Origin: Bacteroidota bacterium | Lineage (GTDB): Bacteria; Bacteroidota; Bacteroidia; AKYH767-A; OLB10 | Direction: 5' to 3' | DNA: 64,000 bases | Assembly: GCA_025352785.1 (NCBI GenBank) | Contig: JANXSD010000149.1 | Location: 14,582-78,581, forward strand | Shown: positions 8,737 to 18,885 of the stretch, piece after piece | Layout: each line of letters starts with the position of its first letter | How positions within the stretch are numbered: position 1 is the first letter of the stretch | Position numbers and translations under genes: made by a program | The notes under the pieces: model-generated | Told to the model about the DNA's origin: nothing | Databases searched by the model: none | Seen by the model: only the letters and a program-made list of their open reading frames with translations

Positions 8737-10134
8737 TTAATTTATTGAAACACTTATACTACTTCCTGAAGTAATTTTGAAGGATTTCTCGATGGTATAT
8801 AATGTGGACAGTGAATTTCGTGGACGAAATATCACTCTATAATTTCCGGGTTGCAATACGATACTTTCTTTGATAGAATTTTCTTGCAATGAATAAACCC
8901 ATTTCAATTCATTATGATCTTCAATCAAAATACTGCCGAATCCTGGAGCATTCGTTTGAATTGTAACAATGCCAGGACTTGGAATTTGCACAGTAGTAGT
9001 TTTGCTTTGTGAAATATCAACATTGTCGACAAACATTCTAGGTAAAGTTAAAACTTCCAGATCGTAAGTTCCTGTAAGATATCTTTCACTTGTATTAAAA
9101 TCTTGAACGTTTAAGGTTGTTGACTCCTTGTGTTTTCTTAAAATCGCTTGTAATTTTTTATACTCGTTACTTCCTTCGATTTTTAAAAGTAAGTCACCTT
9201 GAGGGGTGTCGATGCCAATTATGTTATGTTTGCCAGGAGTAATTGAAATACTATCTTTGGTTACTGATGGTAATGTATGAACACAAATTTTATATTTTCC
9301 TAAAGGATCAATTTGCAAAGTATCAGGAACTCCTTTCGCATTCAACGTATGCATAAAATTATATCTGATGGCACCAGAAAATTGATCGTAAAAAGTCATG
9401 GGTAAATTCGTCTCTGTTGGTTTACCATAAGCGTCAAGCAAATTAATTTGAACAGTAGTATTATTTAATGCTTGTGTAATAACAACGTTTAATGCATTTC
9501 GAAAAGAGGTTTCATTCGCTGCATCAAAATAATTTCCAACACATTCAAAAGACTTTAAAAAATCTTTATTTAAGCCAAGTCCTATAACGAAAGGTTTCAA
9601 TATTACACCTTTTTTCTGTAGTAAAGCGGATGCAGCACAAGGGTCACCATTGCATTCTTCAATACCATCGGTAATTAGAATGATTATATTTCTTGCAGGG
9701 TCTTTTGGAAAATCACCGCTACATTTTTCTAAAGAAATAGCGATAGGTGTGGTACCACTAGGATTTATTTCTTCTAAGCGTTGTTTGATTCGAGCACCAT
9801 TTTGCTTTCCAAAAGGAACTTCTAATCGCGTATCATCACAATCTTGTGGAGGAAAATGTTTCGTGTGTCCGTAAACACGCAAGGCTAATTCAAGATTATC
9901 AACGGGCTGCAAACTATCAACCATCTCACTTAATAATTTCTTTGCAATCTCATATTTGGTATTTGTTTCCCAACGTGCATACATACTTTGAGAGGCATCA
10001 AAAAGAAATAAAATTCGCGTTAACTGTTGCTTTTCTTTTTTTTGTTGCGCACTGATTGTTCCGCTAAGCAGTGTAAAAATTACAACTGCAAAACATATTT
10101 TATTGAAAAATAAATAGCTTGATTTTTTTAGCAT
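8737..10134 (-). CDS. Secreted von Willebrand factor type A (VWA) domain protein with a C-terminal beta-rich region
   Basis: Signal peptide, then MIDAS-like residues (DASQS ... GTT ... TDG). 465 aa. It sits between the two transketolase subunit genes. Confidence 0.7.
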   Translation of the reverse strand: MLKKSSYLFFNKICFAVVIFTLLSGTISAQQKKEKQQLTRILFLFDASQSMYARWETNTKYEIAKKLLSEMVDSLQPVDNLELALRVYGHTKHFPPQDCDDTRLEVPFGKQNGARIKQRLEEINPSGTTPIAISLEKCSGDFPKDPARNIIILITDGIEECNGDPCAASALLQKKGVILKPFVIGLGLNKDFLKSFECVGNYFDAANETSFRNALNVVITQALNNTTVQINLLDAYGKPTETNLPMTFYDQFSGAIRYNFMHTLNAKGVPDTLQIDPLGKYKICVHTLPSVTKDSISITPGKHNIIGIDTPQGDLLLKIEGSNEYKKLQAILRKHKESTTLNVQDFNTSERYLTGTYDLEVLTLPRMFVDNVDISQSKTTTVQIPSPGIVTIQTNAPGFGSILIEDHNELKWVYSLQENSIKESIVLQPGNYRVIFRPRNSLSTLYTIEKSFKITSGSSISVSIN

Positions 10135-10137
10135 CGT

Positions 10138-10983
10138 TTAATAATCACCCAAAGTTTCTTCATTCTGCGAAAGAGCGTTTTGTAATTGTTCATCATTAGG
10201 AGGAATCCCATGCCATTTATGTGAATGCATCATAAAGTCAACGCCGTTCCCCATCTCTGTTTTCATTAATATAATAATTGGTTTTCCTTGTCCTGTTAAT
10301 GATTTTGCTTTCTTTAAAGTAGATTGTAGTAAAGTTATATCGTTTCCATTAGTATCTAATACCACCCAGCCAAATGCTTCCCACTTCGCTCTTAAATCGC
10401 CAATATTGAGTACATCTTTCGTAGCTCCATCAATTTGTTGTCCGTTAACATCAATAGTGGCAATGATATTATCCACTTTTTTTGCAGCAGCAAACATACA
10501 TGCCTCCCAAACTTGCCCCTCTTGCAACTCGCCATCACCCATTAAAACGTAAACAAGATTAGTATCATTGTTTAGTTTTTTAGCCAAAGAAGCTCCAATA
10601 GCTGCAGACAATCCTTGTCCGAGTGAACCAGAAGAAATTCTTACTCCCGGAAGACCCTCATGAGTGGTAGGATGACCTTGTAAACGAGTGTTTAATTTCC
10701 TGAAAGTGGCTAATTCGTTTACTGGGAAATATCCTGATCTCGCTAAGGTGCTATAGAAAACAGGAGAAATATGACCATTTGAGAGGAAAAAAATATCTTG
10801 ATCTTTACCATTCATATCCCAGGGTGAAGGGTGATGTTGCATGATATCGTTGTAAAGCACGGTGAAAAACTCAGTACATCCTAATGAACCACCTGGATGG
10901 CCACTTTGAACTGCATGAACCATGCGAACTATATCACGACGAACTTGTGTGGTAATACGTTGAAGAGTAATTAAATCTGACAT
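10138..10983 (-). CDS. Transketolase, N-terminal subunit (TPP-binding)
   Basis: Motifs RMVHAVQSGHPGGSLG, GHISPVFY and GSLGQGLSAAIG. The ORF-track start at 11007 is a TTG, so I trimmed it to the ATG at 10981-10983. Confidence 0.9.
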   Translation of the reverse strand: MSDLITLQRITTQVRRDIVRMVHAVQSGHPGGSLGCTEFFTVLYNDIMQHHPSPWDMNGKDQDIFFLSNGHISPVFYSTLARSGYFPVNELATFRKLNTRLQGHPTTHEGLPGVRISSGSLGQGLSAAIGASLAKKLNNDTNLVYVLMGDGELQEGQVWEACMFAAAKKVDNIIATIDVNGQQIDGATKDVLNIGDLRAKWEAFGWVVLDTNGNDITLLQSTLKKAKSLTGQGKPIIILMKTEMGNGVDFMMHSHKWHGIPPNDEQLQNALSQNEETLGDY

Positions 10984-11235
10984 AAGAATTATTGATTGAC
11001 GATGCAAAGTTAAATTATTGCCTTAAGGATTAGATAAGTTATTAACAAGAACGCGATTATTGTGAATAAATTGAAAGGAAATTTATCTTTGGCAATGCGC
11101 TACAACTTTAATTCGTTTTCGTAGTTATTTTTTCGTAATCATTAGAACTATTTCTTGGATTTTACTGTTGTATTAGTTTCTATTGAAATCTTAGCCACTT
11201 TCACTTTCTCCGTCTTTATATTCTAAATTTGCAAC

Positions 11236-13374
11236 ATGAAAATCTTTCCAACACATTCATTATTGTTGGAGGAGTTTGAAAAAATCAAACTTCTTGCGGA
11301 AGAGGAATGTGCTGGTGTATTAGGACAACGATTGATTCATCAATTGCATCCATCAGATGATTTTAAAACTGCCTTAAAATCATTAGAAGAAACGAATGAA
11401 TTAAGGACCGTAATCATTACAGGAGATCCATTTCCAAATGATGGATATCCTGATGTCACTTCTGAGCTAAAATTACTTTTTATTCAGAACTCTGTTTTAT
11501 CGGTAACGCAGGTGATGCAAATTGCAAAAGTTGTTTCACTCATGCGATTGATTTTTGATTTCTTTAAAAGTCGCGAAGAAAAATATTCATTGCTTTTTAG
11601 TAGATTAATTGATATCAAATATGAAAAAAGCATTTTAGAGTCGATTGATAAAGTTATTGATGTTACTGGTGTTGTTCGAAATACTGCTTCACCAGATTTA
11701 GCAAGAATCCGAAAAAATTTATCTCGTAAAAGAGTAGAGGCTGACCAGATGTACCAATCCATCATTCAAAAATATCGGAAGAGTGGATGGCTCACAGATG
11801 CCGAAGAAAGCTGGCGGAATGGTCGTAGAGTAATATCGATTTTTGCTGAGCAGAAGCGTTCTGCAAAAGGAATTATACATGACTTATCTGCAACGGGAAA
11901 AACCTGTTATATTGAACCAGAAGAGGCAATAGGAATTAATAGTTTTATCACATCTCTAGAAGAAGACGAACGAGAAGAGATTCTTAGGATACTTCGTGAA
12001 CTCACTGAAAACTTACGAAAGTTTCATACTTTAATTTCAGCCTATTTAAATCATATTGCCAATTTTGATATGATTGCTGCTAAGGCTAGGCTTGCAATCA
12101 AACTAAATGCTCATCTGCCGTTTATAGAAAATAAACCAAATATTGATTTAATAAAGGCATGTCATCCTTTATTGTATTCCTATAATTTATTAGCTGGAAA
12201 AACAACGATTCCTTTCGATTTAAAGTTAGATGAGAAGGATCGAATTCTTGTTATATCAGGTCCAAATGCAGGCGGAAAAACAGTCTGTATGAAAACCGTA
12301 GGGCTATTGCAGATGTTATTGCAATCAGGATTTTTAGTGACAGCAGATTCGAATAGTCATTTCGGATTTTTTAAAAATATTTTAGTGGATATAGGTGATT
12401 CACAATCTTTAGAATTTGAATTGAGCACCTATAGTTCTCGTTTAAGACACATGAAAGTGTTTTTGCAACAAGCAGGTGCACAAACACTTTTTTTAATTGA
12501 TGAATTTGGTACAGGAACAGATCCAGCATTAGGTGGTGCACTAGCAGAAGCAATTCTTGAGGAATTGAATCATCGCAAATCCTTTGGATTAATTACTACA
12601 CATTACATGAATCTAAAAGTTCTTGCAGATAGAACTGACGGAATTATTAATGGTTCGATGGCCTTTGATGCACAGAAATTAGAACCACAATTTAGATTAG
12701 AAGTAGGAAAGCCAGGAAGTTCTTATACGTTTGTTGTTGCTGAAAGAAGTGGATTGCCATCTCATGTAATTAATAGAGCAAGAAAAAAAGTAACGAAGAA
12801 TAGTTTGTTGCTAGAAGAGACTTTAACACGACTGGAACGCGAGAAAGGTGAGTTGGTGAAATTGCTAGAGCAAAATAAAATTCAAGAGAAGCATCTTAAA
12901 GAGATGATTGGCAAATATGAAAAGAATGTCAATTTGCAAGAGCAACGATTCGAAACAGACAATGAACGAATGAGGCAAAAGGAATTGCGGTTGTCAACTC
13001 AGTTAGAAGAAAAATTTAAAAAATTTGTTAAGGAATGGCGCGATGCAAAAAATAAAAAACAAGTTTTAGATAAATACAATACACAGTTAATAGATCGTAA
13101 AGAAGCGTTAAATCAAAAAGAGAAAGTTAAGTCAGAGGAAATTGCAAAGTACAACTCTAAGTTGATAAAACGCGGTAGTAAAGTGCGTCTTAAGAATGGA
13201 AAAGTGACAGGAATTGTAGAAGCAGTCAATGATCAAAAGGTGACAATTGTTTTTGGTAATATTCGTACGGTTTCTGATATGTCGAATCTTTTTTATATTG
13301 AAGAAAAAAAACCTGAGATAAAGAATCCAGTTGTTGCTGATGATAAAACCATCAAAAAAAATATCGCCAATTAA
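11236..13374 (+). CDS. mutS2: MutS2-family protein (MutS ATPase core plus coiled coil plus KOW-like C-terminus; no Smr domain)
   Basis: Walker A GPNAGGKT, the MutS signature DEFGTGTDPALG, a long K/E-rich coiled coil, and a C-terminal SKVRLKNGKVTGIVEAV KOW-like motif. 712 aa. Confidence 0.8.
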   Translation: MKIFPTHSLLLEEFEKIKLLAEEECAGVLGQRLIHQLHPSDDFKTALKSLEETNELRTVIITGDPFPNDGYPDVTSELKLLFIQNSVLSVTQVMQIAKVVSLMRLIFDFFKSREEKYSLLFSRLIDIKYEKSILESIDKVIDVTGVVRNTASPDLARIRKNLSRKRVEADQMYQSIIQKYRKSGWLTDAEESWRNGRRVISIFAEQKRSAKGIIHDLSATGKTCYIEPEEAIGINSFITSLEEDEREEILRILRELTENLRKFHTLISAYLNHIANFDMIAAKARLAIKLNAHLPFIENKPNIDLIKACHPLLYSYNLLAGKTTIPFDLKLDEKDRILVISGPNAGGKTVCMKTVGLLQMLLQSGFLVTADSNSHFGFFKNILVDIGDSQSLEFELSTYSSRLRHMKVFLQQAGAQTLFLIDEFGTGTDPALGGALAEAILEELNHRKSFGLITTHYMNLKVLADRTDGIINGSMAFDAQKLEPQFRLEVGKPGSSYTFVVAERSGLPSHVINRARKKVTKNSLLLEETLTRLEREKGELVKLLEQNKIQEKHLKEMIGKYEKNVNLQEQRFETDNERMRQKELRLSTQLEEKFKKFVKEWRDAKNKKQVLDKYNTQLIDRKEALNQKEKVKSEEIAKYNSKLIKRGSKVRLKNGKVTGIVEAVNDQKVTIVFGNIRTVSDMSNLFYIEEKKPEIKNPVVADDKTIKKNIAN

Positions 13375-13392
13375 TTTTATTTTGAAGAAAGC

Positions 13393-14811
13393 CTACCTCG
13401 CATTTTTGCTGGATTTCAACATGTATTTTTGATTTAATCCGAAGCTGCCATTTAAGCGATACGCTCTACTTAAACTGTCGATTGCAGCTGCAGATTGTGG
13501 AAAATTGATCATATTCATTTTGAACAAACGTATGGCATCATCAACTTTTCGCTTTTTCAATAATTCATTTCCTAATTCAATATAATGATTTTCATTGGAT
13601 GGATAAACAGCTAATAATGTTTCTGGCTTGCGTGGTTCTCCATTTAATACCGCTAATTCAAAACGTAATTCTTCTGTTTTTTTAATGAAATAATCAAAGG
13701 GAATTACGCCATCAACTAGATCACGTTCATAATTAGCTAAACATTTTTTTACTAAATCTTGTGAAGTTTCATTATCATAAATTTTATGCTGATATAAACT
13801 ATATGCACGATCACCTTGAACTAAGAAAACAGTATCTCCATTCGCTCTAACAATTTCTTCAAAATTCATTATTGCAGCTAAGGCTATTTGAGAATAATTT
13901 TGTGATTCATTTTTAAATCCACCACATTCGGTATGCCATAAACGAACGATCAATTCTTGTCCACCAACAGATGGATTTAATTTATTTATCGCACAAGCTA
14001 AGTTCCCAGCACCTGCATGATATGCGTGCATGACTAGTAATCGAAACCATAAATCCGTTTCATTGTATGGAATATTATGCGCTTCTAATAATCCTTTAAC
14101 TTTTGGAATACAAATAGTTCCTATCAATTTCGAAGCACCATAAGCGGCACGTTTTAAATCTTGACGTTCATCGACATTTTTGGTTACTTTTAAACCATAT
14201 TTCATTGCAACACTTTTCATCAATTGAAATGGGCCATTCGCACCAGCTGAAGATTTCGCTGTTTGCTTTCCTGGACTTTCAATCAATAAGATTGTTTGAG
14301 CATACCATGGGTCAACACCAAATTCATTAAAATAACTTACTGCCTTGCTGATAGTTGGAATTGTTTTTCGATGCTCATAAAATTCACCTTTACCACTTGT
14401 TACATAAAGATCTTCATTGTTTTCAATATTGTAATTAGAACGCAAGTCATTTTTCTGAGTGAGTCGAGCATATTCGCCTTGATTTAACCACGATTTATAA
14501 TTGTAAGTTTGTAGTGGTGTCCTCGATTTTGCTATGTTGATAATACATGAATCGGGGCTGAGGCAAATAATTTGTTTCCAAAATCGTGGTTGTGCAAGGG
14601 TATCCCAAGCTTCACTATAAAGTTGATTTTCATTAACGAATTGCATTGTTGATGTTTCATTAAAGGACACCACCACCTTGCTTATTAATAAAGGCTCCGC
14701 CGACTTCACTACCAGCTTTTGTGCTTCTGCAGTTTGAACACGACCGCAACTCGATAGGAGCGCAACCACAAAAATAGATGCCCATAATCTTAACAAAGGG
14801 AATTTATACAT
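13393..14811 (-). CDS. Lipoprotein with a lytic transglycosylase (SLT) domain
   Basis: Lipobox LLSSC. Catalytic region IESPGKQTAKSSAGANGPFQLM...YGASKLIG. Confidence 0.65.
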   Translation of the reverse strand: MYKFPLLRLWASIFVVALLSSCGRVQTAEAQKLVVKSAEPLLISKVVVSFNETSTMQFVNENQLYSEAWDTLAQPRFWKQIICLSPDSCIINIAKSRTPLQTYNYKSWLNQGEYARLTQKNDLRSNYNIENNEDLYVTSGKGEFYEHRKTIPTISKAVSYFNEFGVDPWYAQTILLIESPGKQTAKSSAGANGPFQLMKSVAMKYGLKVTKNVDERQDLKRAAYGASKLIGTICIPKVKGLLEAHNIPYNETDLWFRLLVMHAYHAGAGNLACAINKLNPSVGGQELIVRLWHTECGGFKNESQNYSQIALAAIMNFEEIVRANGDTVFLVQGDRAYSLYQHKIYDNETSQDLVKKCLANYERDLVDGVIPFDYFIKKTEELRFELAVLNGEPRKPETLLAVYPSNENHYIELGNELLKKRKVDDAIRLFKMNMINFPQSAAAIDSLSRAYRLNGSFGLNQKYMLKSSKNAR

Positions 14812-15077
14812 TATTTCATATCTTGGTTTGACTTCTTGTACGTGTAATATTAAACGAAGTTGTCTTTCGTTGATTGCACCAAAAGGAAGGAATTTTTGAG
14901 AATTTCAAAGATACCCAACTTATTCGGTCATATATCAAGACATTTGCGCTTTTTTACACGAAAAATTGTGTGAAGAAATTGGATATTATTTGTAATCCAC
15001 TTAATCTTAAGGATTATTGATTTGATTTCATTTGTGTAAATATTTTATTCTAGCATTAGGATTCGTAATTTTGCACA

Positions 15078-15545
15078 ATGGGATCCATACAATTTAAGGA
15101 AAAGATTGATATCACATCAAGCAAGGAATTGAAACTTTTTGTTCGTTCAATGGCTGCTTCCTACCAATTTATTTATCAGCAAGAAAAATTTGATCTTGTT
15201 CGAAGAGCAGATATGCTCGAACTAATTGATCGCGATGGAGTAGGGCAGATAGCATTGAATTTTGCTGCTGTTCAAGAAAATAGTAAGATGACTTTAACTC
15301 GTCTGGAGTTGTATCAATTTTATTTGATGATGGAATTAGTTTGTCGTAGCTTTTTAACTGAAATTGGTGATGAATACAAAGCAATTGCCATGCGATTAAA
15401 TAAAGTTTCGGAACGTAAGTACAACGAAGTACGTAGCATGGAATTAACTATTGCGCAAACTTTGATCAGCAAAATAAAAGGTGATTTTGCTTCTGATCCA
15501 GAGTTTGAGGAGATGCTTGAAAAACTTGAAATGTTGGATGAATAA
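15078..15545 (+). CDS. Hypothetical cytoplasmic protein
   Basis: 155-aa ORF with no recognisable motif. Its stop abuts the gmhB stop at 15546. Confidence 0.35.
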   Translation: MGSIQFKEKIDITSSKELKLFVRSMAASYQFIYQQEKFDLVRRADMLELIDRDGVGQIALNFAAVQENSKMTLTRLELYQFYLMMELVCRSFLTEIGDEYKAIAMRLNKVSERKYNEVRSMELTIAQTLISKIKGDFASDPEFEEMLEKLEMLDE

Positions 15546-16088
15546 TTAATTTTTACATTTCGAAGCGAATTCTGCTAAGGAAGCAAATATATAATCCATC
15601 TCAACAGTTTTTGTACCATTATATTTTTCTTTCTCATCAATATAAACTGTAACCATTCCCAATGCACGACCAAATTGCATATCGGAAATTGAATTACCTA
15701 CCATCACTGATTTATTAAAATCTATTTCAGGGTAATCATATTTTGCATGATGCCCCATAGTTGGATTTGGCTTTCGATGTAAATGTAATCTATCTTCTTC
15801 TGGAGCAAAATATATTTTATCTATCCTTCCTTTATTTTCATGAATTACATCAAGCATTTGTTGATGTAATTCATGAAGCGATTCTTCTGTCATGATACCA
15901 GCTCCAACACCTCTTTGATTAGTGACAATAACAATATTTCCAAATAATGAATTGAGTATTGCTAATGCAGCTATAGTGCCTTCTTCAAATTGAAATTCAT
16001 CCCAGGTTTTAACGTAATCATTTCGTAATTCTTTATTGATCACACCATCTCTATCAAGAAATAAAGTCCAGCTTTTATCAACTATCAT
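15546..16088 (-). CDS. gmhB: D-glycero-beta-D-manno-heptose-1,7-bisphosphate 7-phosphatase (HAD-IIIA)
   Basis: Motif FLDRDGVIN and overall similarity to GmhB. The ORF-track start is a TTG, so I trimmed it to the ATG at 16086-16088, which forms an ATGA overlap with the gmhA stop. Confidence 0.8.
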   Translation of the reverse strand: MIVDKSWTLFLDRDGVINKELRNDYVKTWDEFQFEEGTIAALAILNSLFGNIVIVTNQRGVGAGIMTEESLHELHQQMLDVIHENKGRIDKIYFAPEEDRLHLHRKPNPTMGHHAKYDYPEIDFNKSVMVGNSISDMQFGRALGMVTVYIDEKEKYNGTKTVEMDYIFASLAEFASKCKN

Positions 16089-16663
16089 TTTGGGAAAATA
16101 GTTTCTTCGATCAACTGACAAATGATATGTCCAATTAAAATATGTGATTCTTGAATTCGTGGAGTGTCATTGCTGGGAACTTTTAACATGATATCGCAAA
16201 CATCATTCATTTTTCCTCCTGAAGATCCCGTCATGCCAATAGTAATCATACCTTGCTTTTTAGCTTCTTCAACAGCTAATATAATATTTTTAGAATTGCC
16301 GGATGTTGAAATGGCAAATAATACATCTCCTTTTCTTCCTGATCCTTTTATCATTCTACTGTAAACTACATCGTATGAATAATCATTTGCCACTGCAGTC
16401 ATATAAGATGAGTTTACATGCAAAGCCTCTGCATATAAAGGATCACGATCAGTATAAAAACGACCCGACAATTCCGCTGCGATATGTTGAGCGTCCGCTG
16501 CACTTCCTCCGTTTCCACAAAATAATACTTTGTTGCCACTCCCAAATGCATTCACTGAAACTTCCGCAGCTTTTCGAATAGCATTTAGTAACAATTCATC
16601 TTTTAGGATTAATTGTTTTGTATCAATGGATCCTTGAATGAGTTGACGAATATCTGTTGCCAT
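16085..16663 (-). CDS. gmhA: D-sedoheptulose-7-phosphate isomerase (SIS domain)
   Basis: Motifs GNGGSAADAQHIAAEL and ISTSGNS; about 192 aa from the internal ATG. The upstream extension in the ORF track overlaps the neighbouring gene. Confidence 0.85.
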   Translation of the reverse strand: MATDIRQLIQGSIDTKQLILKDELLLNAIRKAAEVSVNAFGSGNKVLFCGNGGSAADAQHIAAELSGRFYTDRDPLYAEALHVNSSYMTAVANDYSYDVVYSRMIKGSGRKGDVLFAISTSGNSKNIILAVEEAKKQGMITIGMTGSSGGKMNDVCDIMLKVPSNDTPRIQESHILIGHIICQLIEETIFPK

Positions 16664-16698
16664 GTGTATTTTATTTCTTGTTGTAAAGGTAATCTTAT

Positions 16699-17832
16699 CT
16701 AGTGTGATATTGCATTTGCGAAAGTATCCCAACTGTATTTTTTCTTTTCTTCTTTTATTCCGGCACTGAACTGTATTGATTTATTTTCATCATAAAATGC
16801 TAATATCGCATCCGCAATCGAAGTTGAATTTACGTCTACAACATATCCAACTTTTCCATTTGGAACCATCTCTGGCAAGCCCCCAACATTGGTAACTATC
16901 ATTGGAATTTCAAAGTGATAGGCTATTTGTGAAATACCAGATTGCGTGGCAGATCTATAGGGTTGAACAATTAAATCAGCAGCACTAAAATAGTATTTCA
17001 CTTCTTCATCGGCTATATAATCCGTTGCAAGAATTATTTTATCTTCTAAATTATTTTCATTTATCAGTTGATGATAACTACTCGAATCCTCATAAAACTC
17101 ACCTGCAATAATGAGTTTAATATTTCTTGCTTTGATTCTTTCATCAGCCAATGCCTTCAACAATATATCAAGTCCTTTATAGTTTCTGATAAAGCCAAAA
17201 AATAATAAATAATGAAATGAATTATCAATTTGAAGGTAATTGCACGCATCCTCTTTCTTTAGAAGATCACCATAGTGGTCATATATGGGATGCAAAATAT
17301 AGGTGCAGGGCTTATCAGTAAATGTTCTTAAATCCTTTATAACTTGCTGTGACATTGCAATAAAACGATCTACAGGTTTTATAAAATAGTTTGTAAACCA
17401 TTTATCGCCGATGCGATGCTCATGAGGAATAACATTATCTAAAACCCCAATAATCTTTGTTTGTTTATTACGTTTTACAATTCTCGCAATCGTTCCTAAG
17501 CAGGGACCCATAAATGGAAGCCAAAAGCGAATCATTAATACATCAGGCTGATTTTTTTTTATCTCTCTACCAATTTTTATCCAGTTAAAAGGATTAATAG
17601 AATTGACAACAACTTTTATGTTTAAATCATTAGGACTTGCAGAGTCGGCATATTGTGTTTTTCCAGGAAAAAGAAACGAAGGATATTGTAATGAAAAAGT
17701 ATAAATAGTAACTTGATGTCCTTGTTTTATTAATTCACGAGACAATCGTTCATTAAAGGCAGCTAATCCTCCTCGAAGTGGATGTGCTGGTCCAAGAATT
17801 ATTATACTTTTATTATCGTTAGCATTCATCAT
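16699..17832 (-). CDS. Glycosyltransferase family 4 (GT-B fold)
   Basis: 377 aa. N-terminus ILGPAHPLRGGLAAFNERL, and a C-terminal GT4 region with an EX7E-like motif. Confidence 0.8.
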   Translation of the reverse strand: MMNANDNKSIIILGPAHPLRGGLAAFNERLSRELIKQGHQVTIYTFSLQYPSFLFPGKTQYADSASPNDLNIKVVVNSINPFNWIKIGREIKKNQPDVLMIRFWLPFMGPCLGTIARIVKRNKQTKIIGVLDNVIPHEHRIGDKWFTNYFIKPVDRFIAMSQQVIKDLRTFTDKPCTYILHPIYDHYGDLLKKEDACNYLQIDNSFHYLLFFGFIRNYKGLDILLKALADERIKARNIKLIIAGEFYEDSSSYHQLINENNLEDKIILATDYIADEEVKYYFSAADLIVQPYRSATQSGISQIAYHFEIPMIVTNVGGLPEMVPNGKVGYVVDVNSTSIADAILAFYDENKSIQFSAGIKEEKKKYSWDTFANAISH

Positions 17833-17910
17833 TTACGAATATTTTAATTTAAGAAAGAATATCCATAAACGGTAGTAAATTGATTTATTAGTTTGTCAAT
17901 CTTTAAGAAA

Positions 17911-18885
17911 TTACTCCGATAAATTTTCACGTTTTTCGATTAGATAATTATTACGTTCCATGCTATTGCGAGAAACAATTTCACTAACAAATCCCGCTAA
18001 GAACATTTGTGTTCCAAGAATCATGGATGTAAGTGCAATATAAAACGAAGGGCGATCAGCTAATAATCGCGCAGGAGTGTTATGAAAGGAAAGATAAAGT
18101 TTGCTTATTCCAAGCCAAATTGCCAGAATGAATCCTAACATGAAAAGCATTGATCCTAATGTCCCAAATAAGTGCATAGGTCGCTTTCCAAATCTAGAAA
18201 CAAACATGATTGATAATAAGTCGAGAAAGCCATTTATAAAACGCTCAAATCCAAATTTTGTAACACCGTATTTTCTTGCGCGATGTTCAACTACTTTTTC
18301 AGCAATTTTACTGAACCCTGCCCACTTTGCAATCACAGGTATATAACGATGCATTTCACCATAAACTTCAATACTTTTTACAACTTCTGAACGATAAGAT
18401 TTTAGTCCGCAATTGAAATCATGCAAATTATGAATCCCCGACATTTTTCGAGTTGCCCAATTAAAGAAACGACTCGGAATAGTTTTACTTATTGGGTCAT
18501 GACGTTTTTGTTTCCATCCAGAAATCAAATCAAAGCCATCTTTAACAATCAAATCATACAAACCAGGAATTTCATCAGGGCTATCTTGCATATCTGCATC
18601 CATAGTTATGATAACTCTTCCCAATGCAGCTTGAAAGCCTACCTGTAACGCTGCTGACTTCCCATAATTTCTTCTAAACTTTATACCTTTAATATTACTA
18701 TTTCTTTGACATAATTCTTCTATGACATTCCATGATTTATCTTTACTACCATCATCAATAAAAATTACTTCGTAACGATAATTATTTTTAATTACAACAC
18801 GTTCAATCCATGCAGAAAGTTCGGGCAGTGATTCATCTTCATTGAAGAGTGGAATAATAATCGATAGATCGTGGCTATAATTCAT
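17911..18885 (-). CDS. Glycosyltransferase family 2, polyprenol-phosphate sugar transferase type, with C-terminal transmembrane helices
   Basis: Motifs IIIPLFNEDESLPEL, FIDDGSKD, TMDADMQD, GFDLISGW. C-terminal membrane helices. Confidence 0.8.
   Translation of the reverse strand: MNYSHDLSIIIPLFNEDESLPELSAWIERVVIKNNYRYEVIFIDDGSKDKSWNVIEELCQRNSNIKGIKFRRNYGKSAALQVGFQAALGRVIITMDADMQDSPDEIPGLYDLIVKDGFDLISGWKQKRHDPISKTIPSRFFNWATRKMSGIHNLHDFNCGLKSYRSEVVKSIEVYGEMHRYIPVIAKWAGFSKIAEKVVEHRARKYGVTKFGFERFINGFLDLLSIMFVSRFGKRPMHLFGTLGSMLFMLGFILAIWLGISKLYLSFHNTPARLLADRPSFYIALTSMILGTQMFLAGFVSEIVSRNSMERNNYLIEKRENLSE

Noticed and set aside
16085-16732. Long N-terminal extensions on gmhA, gmhB, etfB, tkt-N, flippase and ClC ORFs suggesting gene overlaps
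   Set aside because: The ORF track uses TTG/GTG as starts. Internal ATG starts give canonical protein lengths and remove the overlaps, so the extensions are artefacts rather than fusions.
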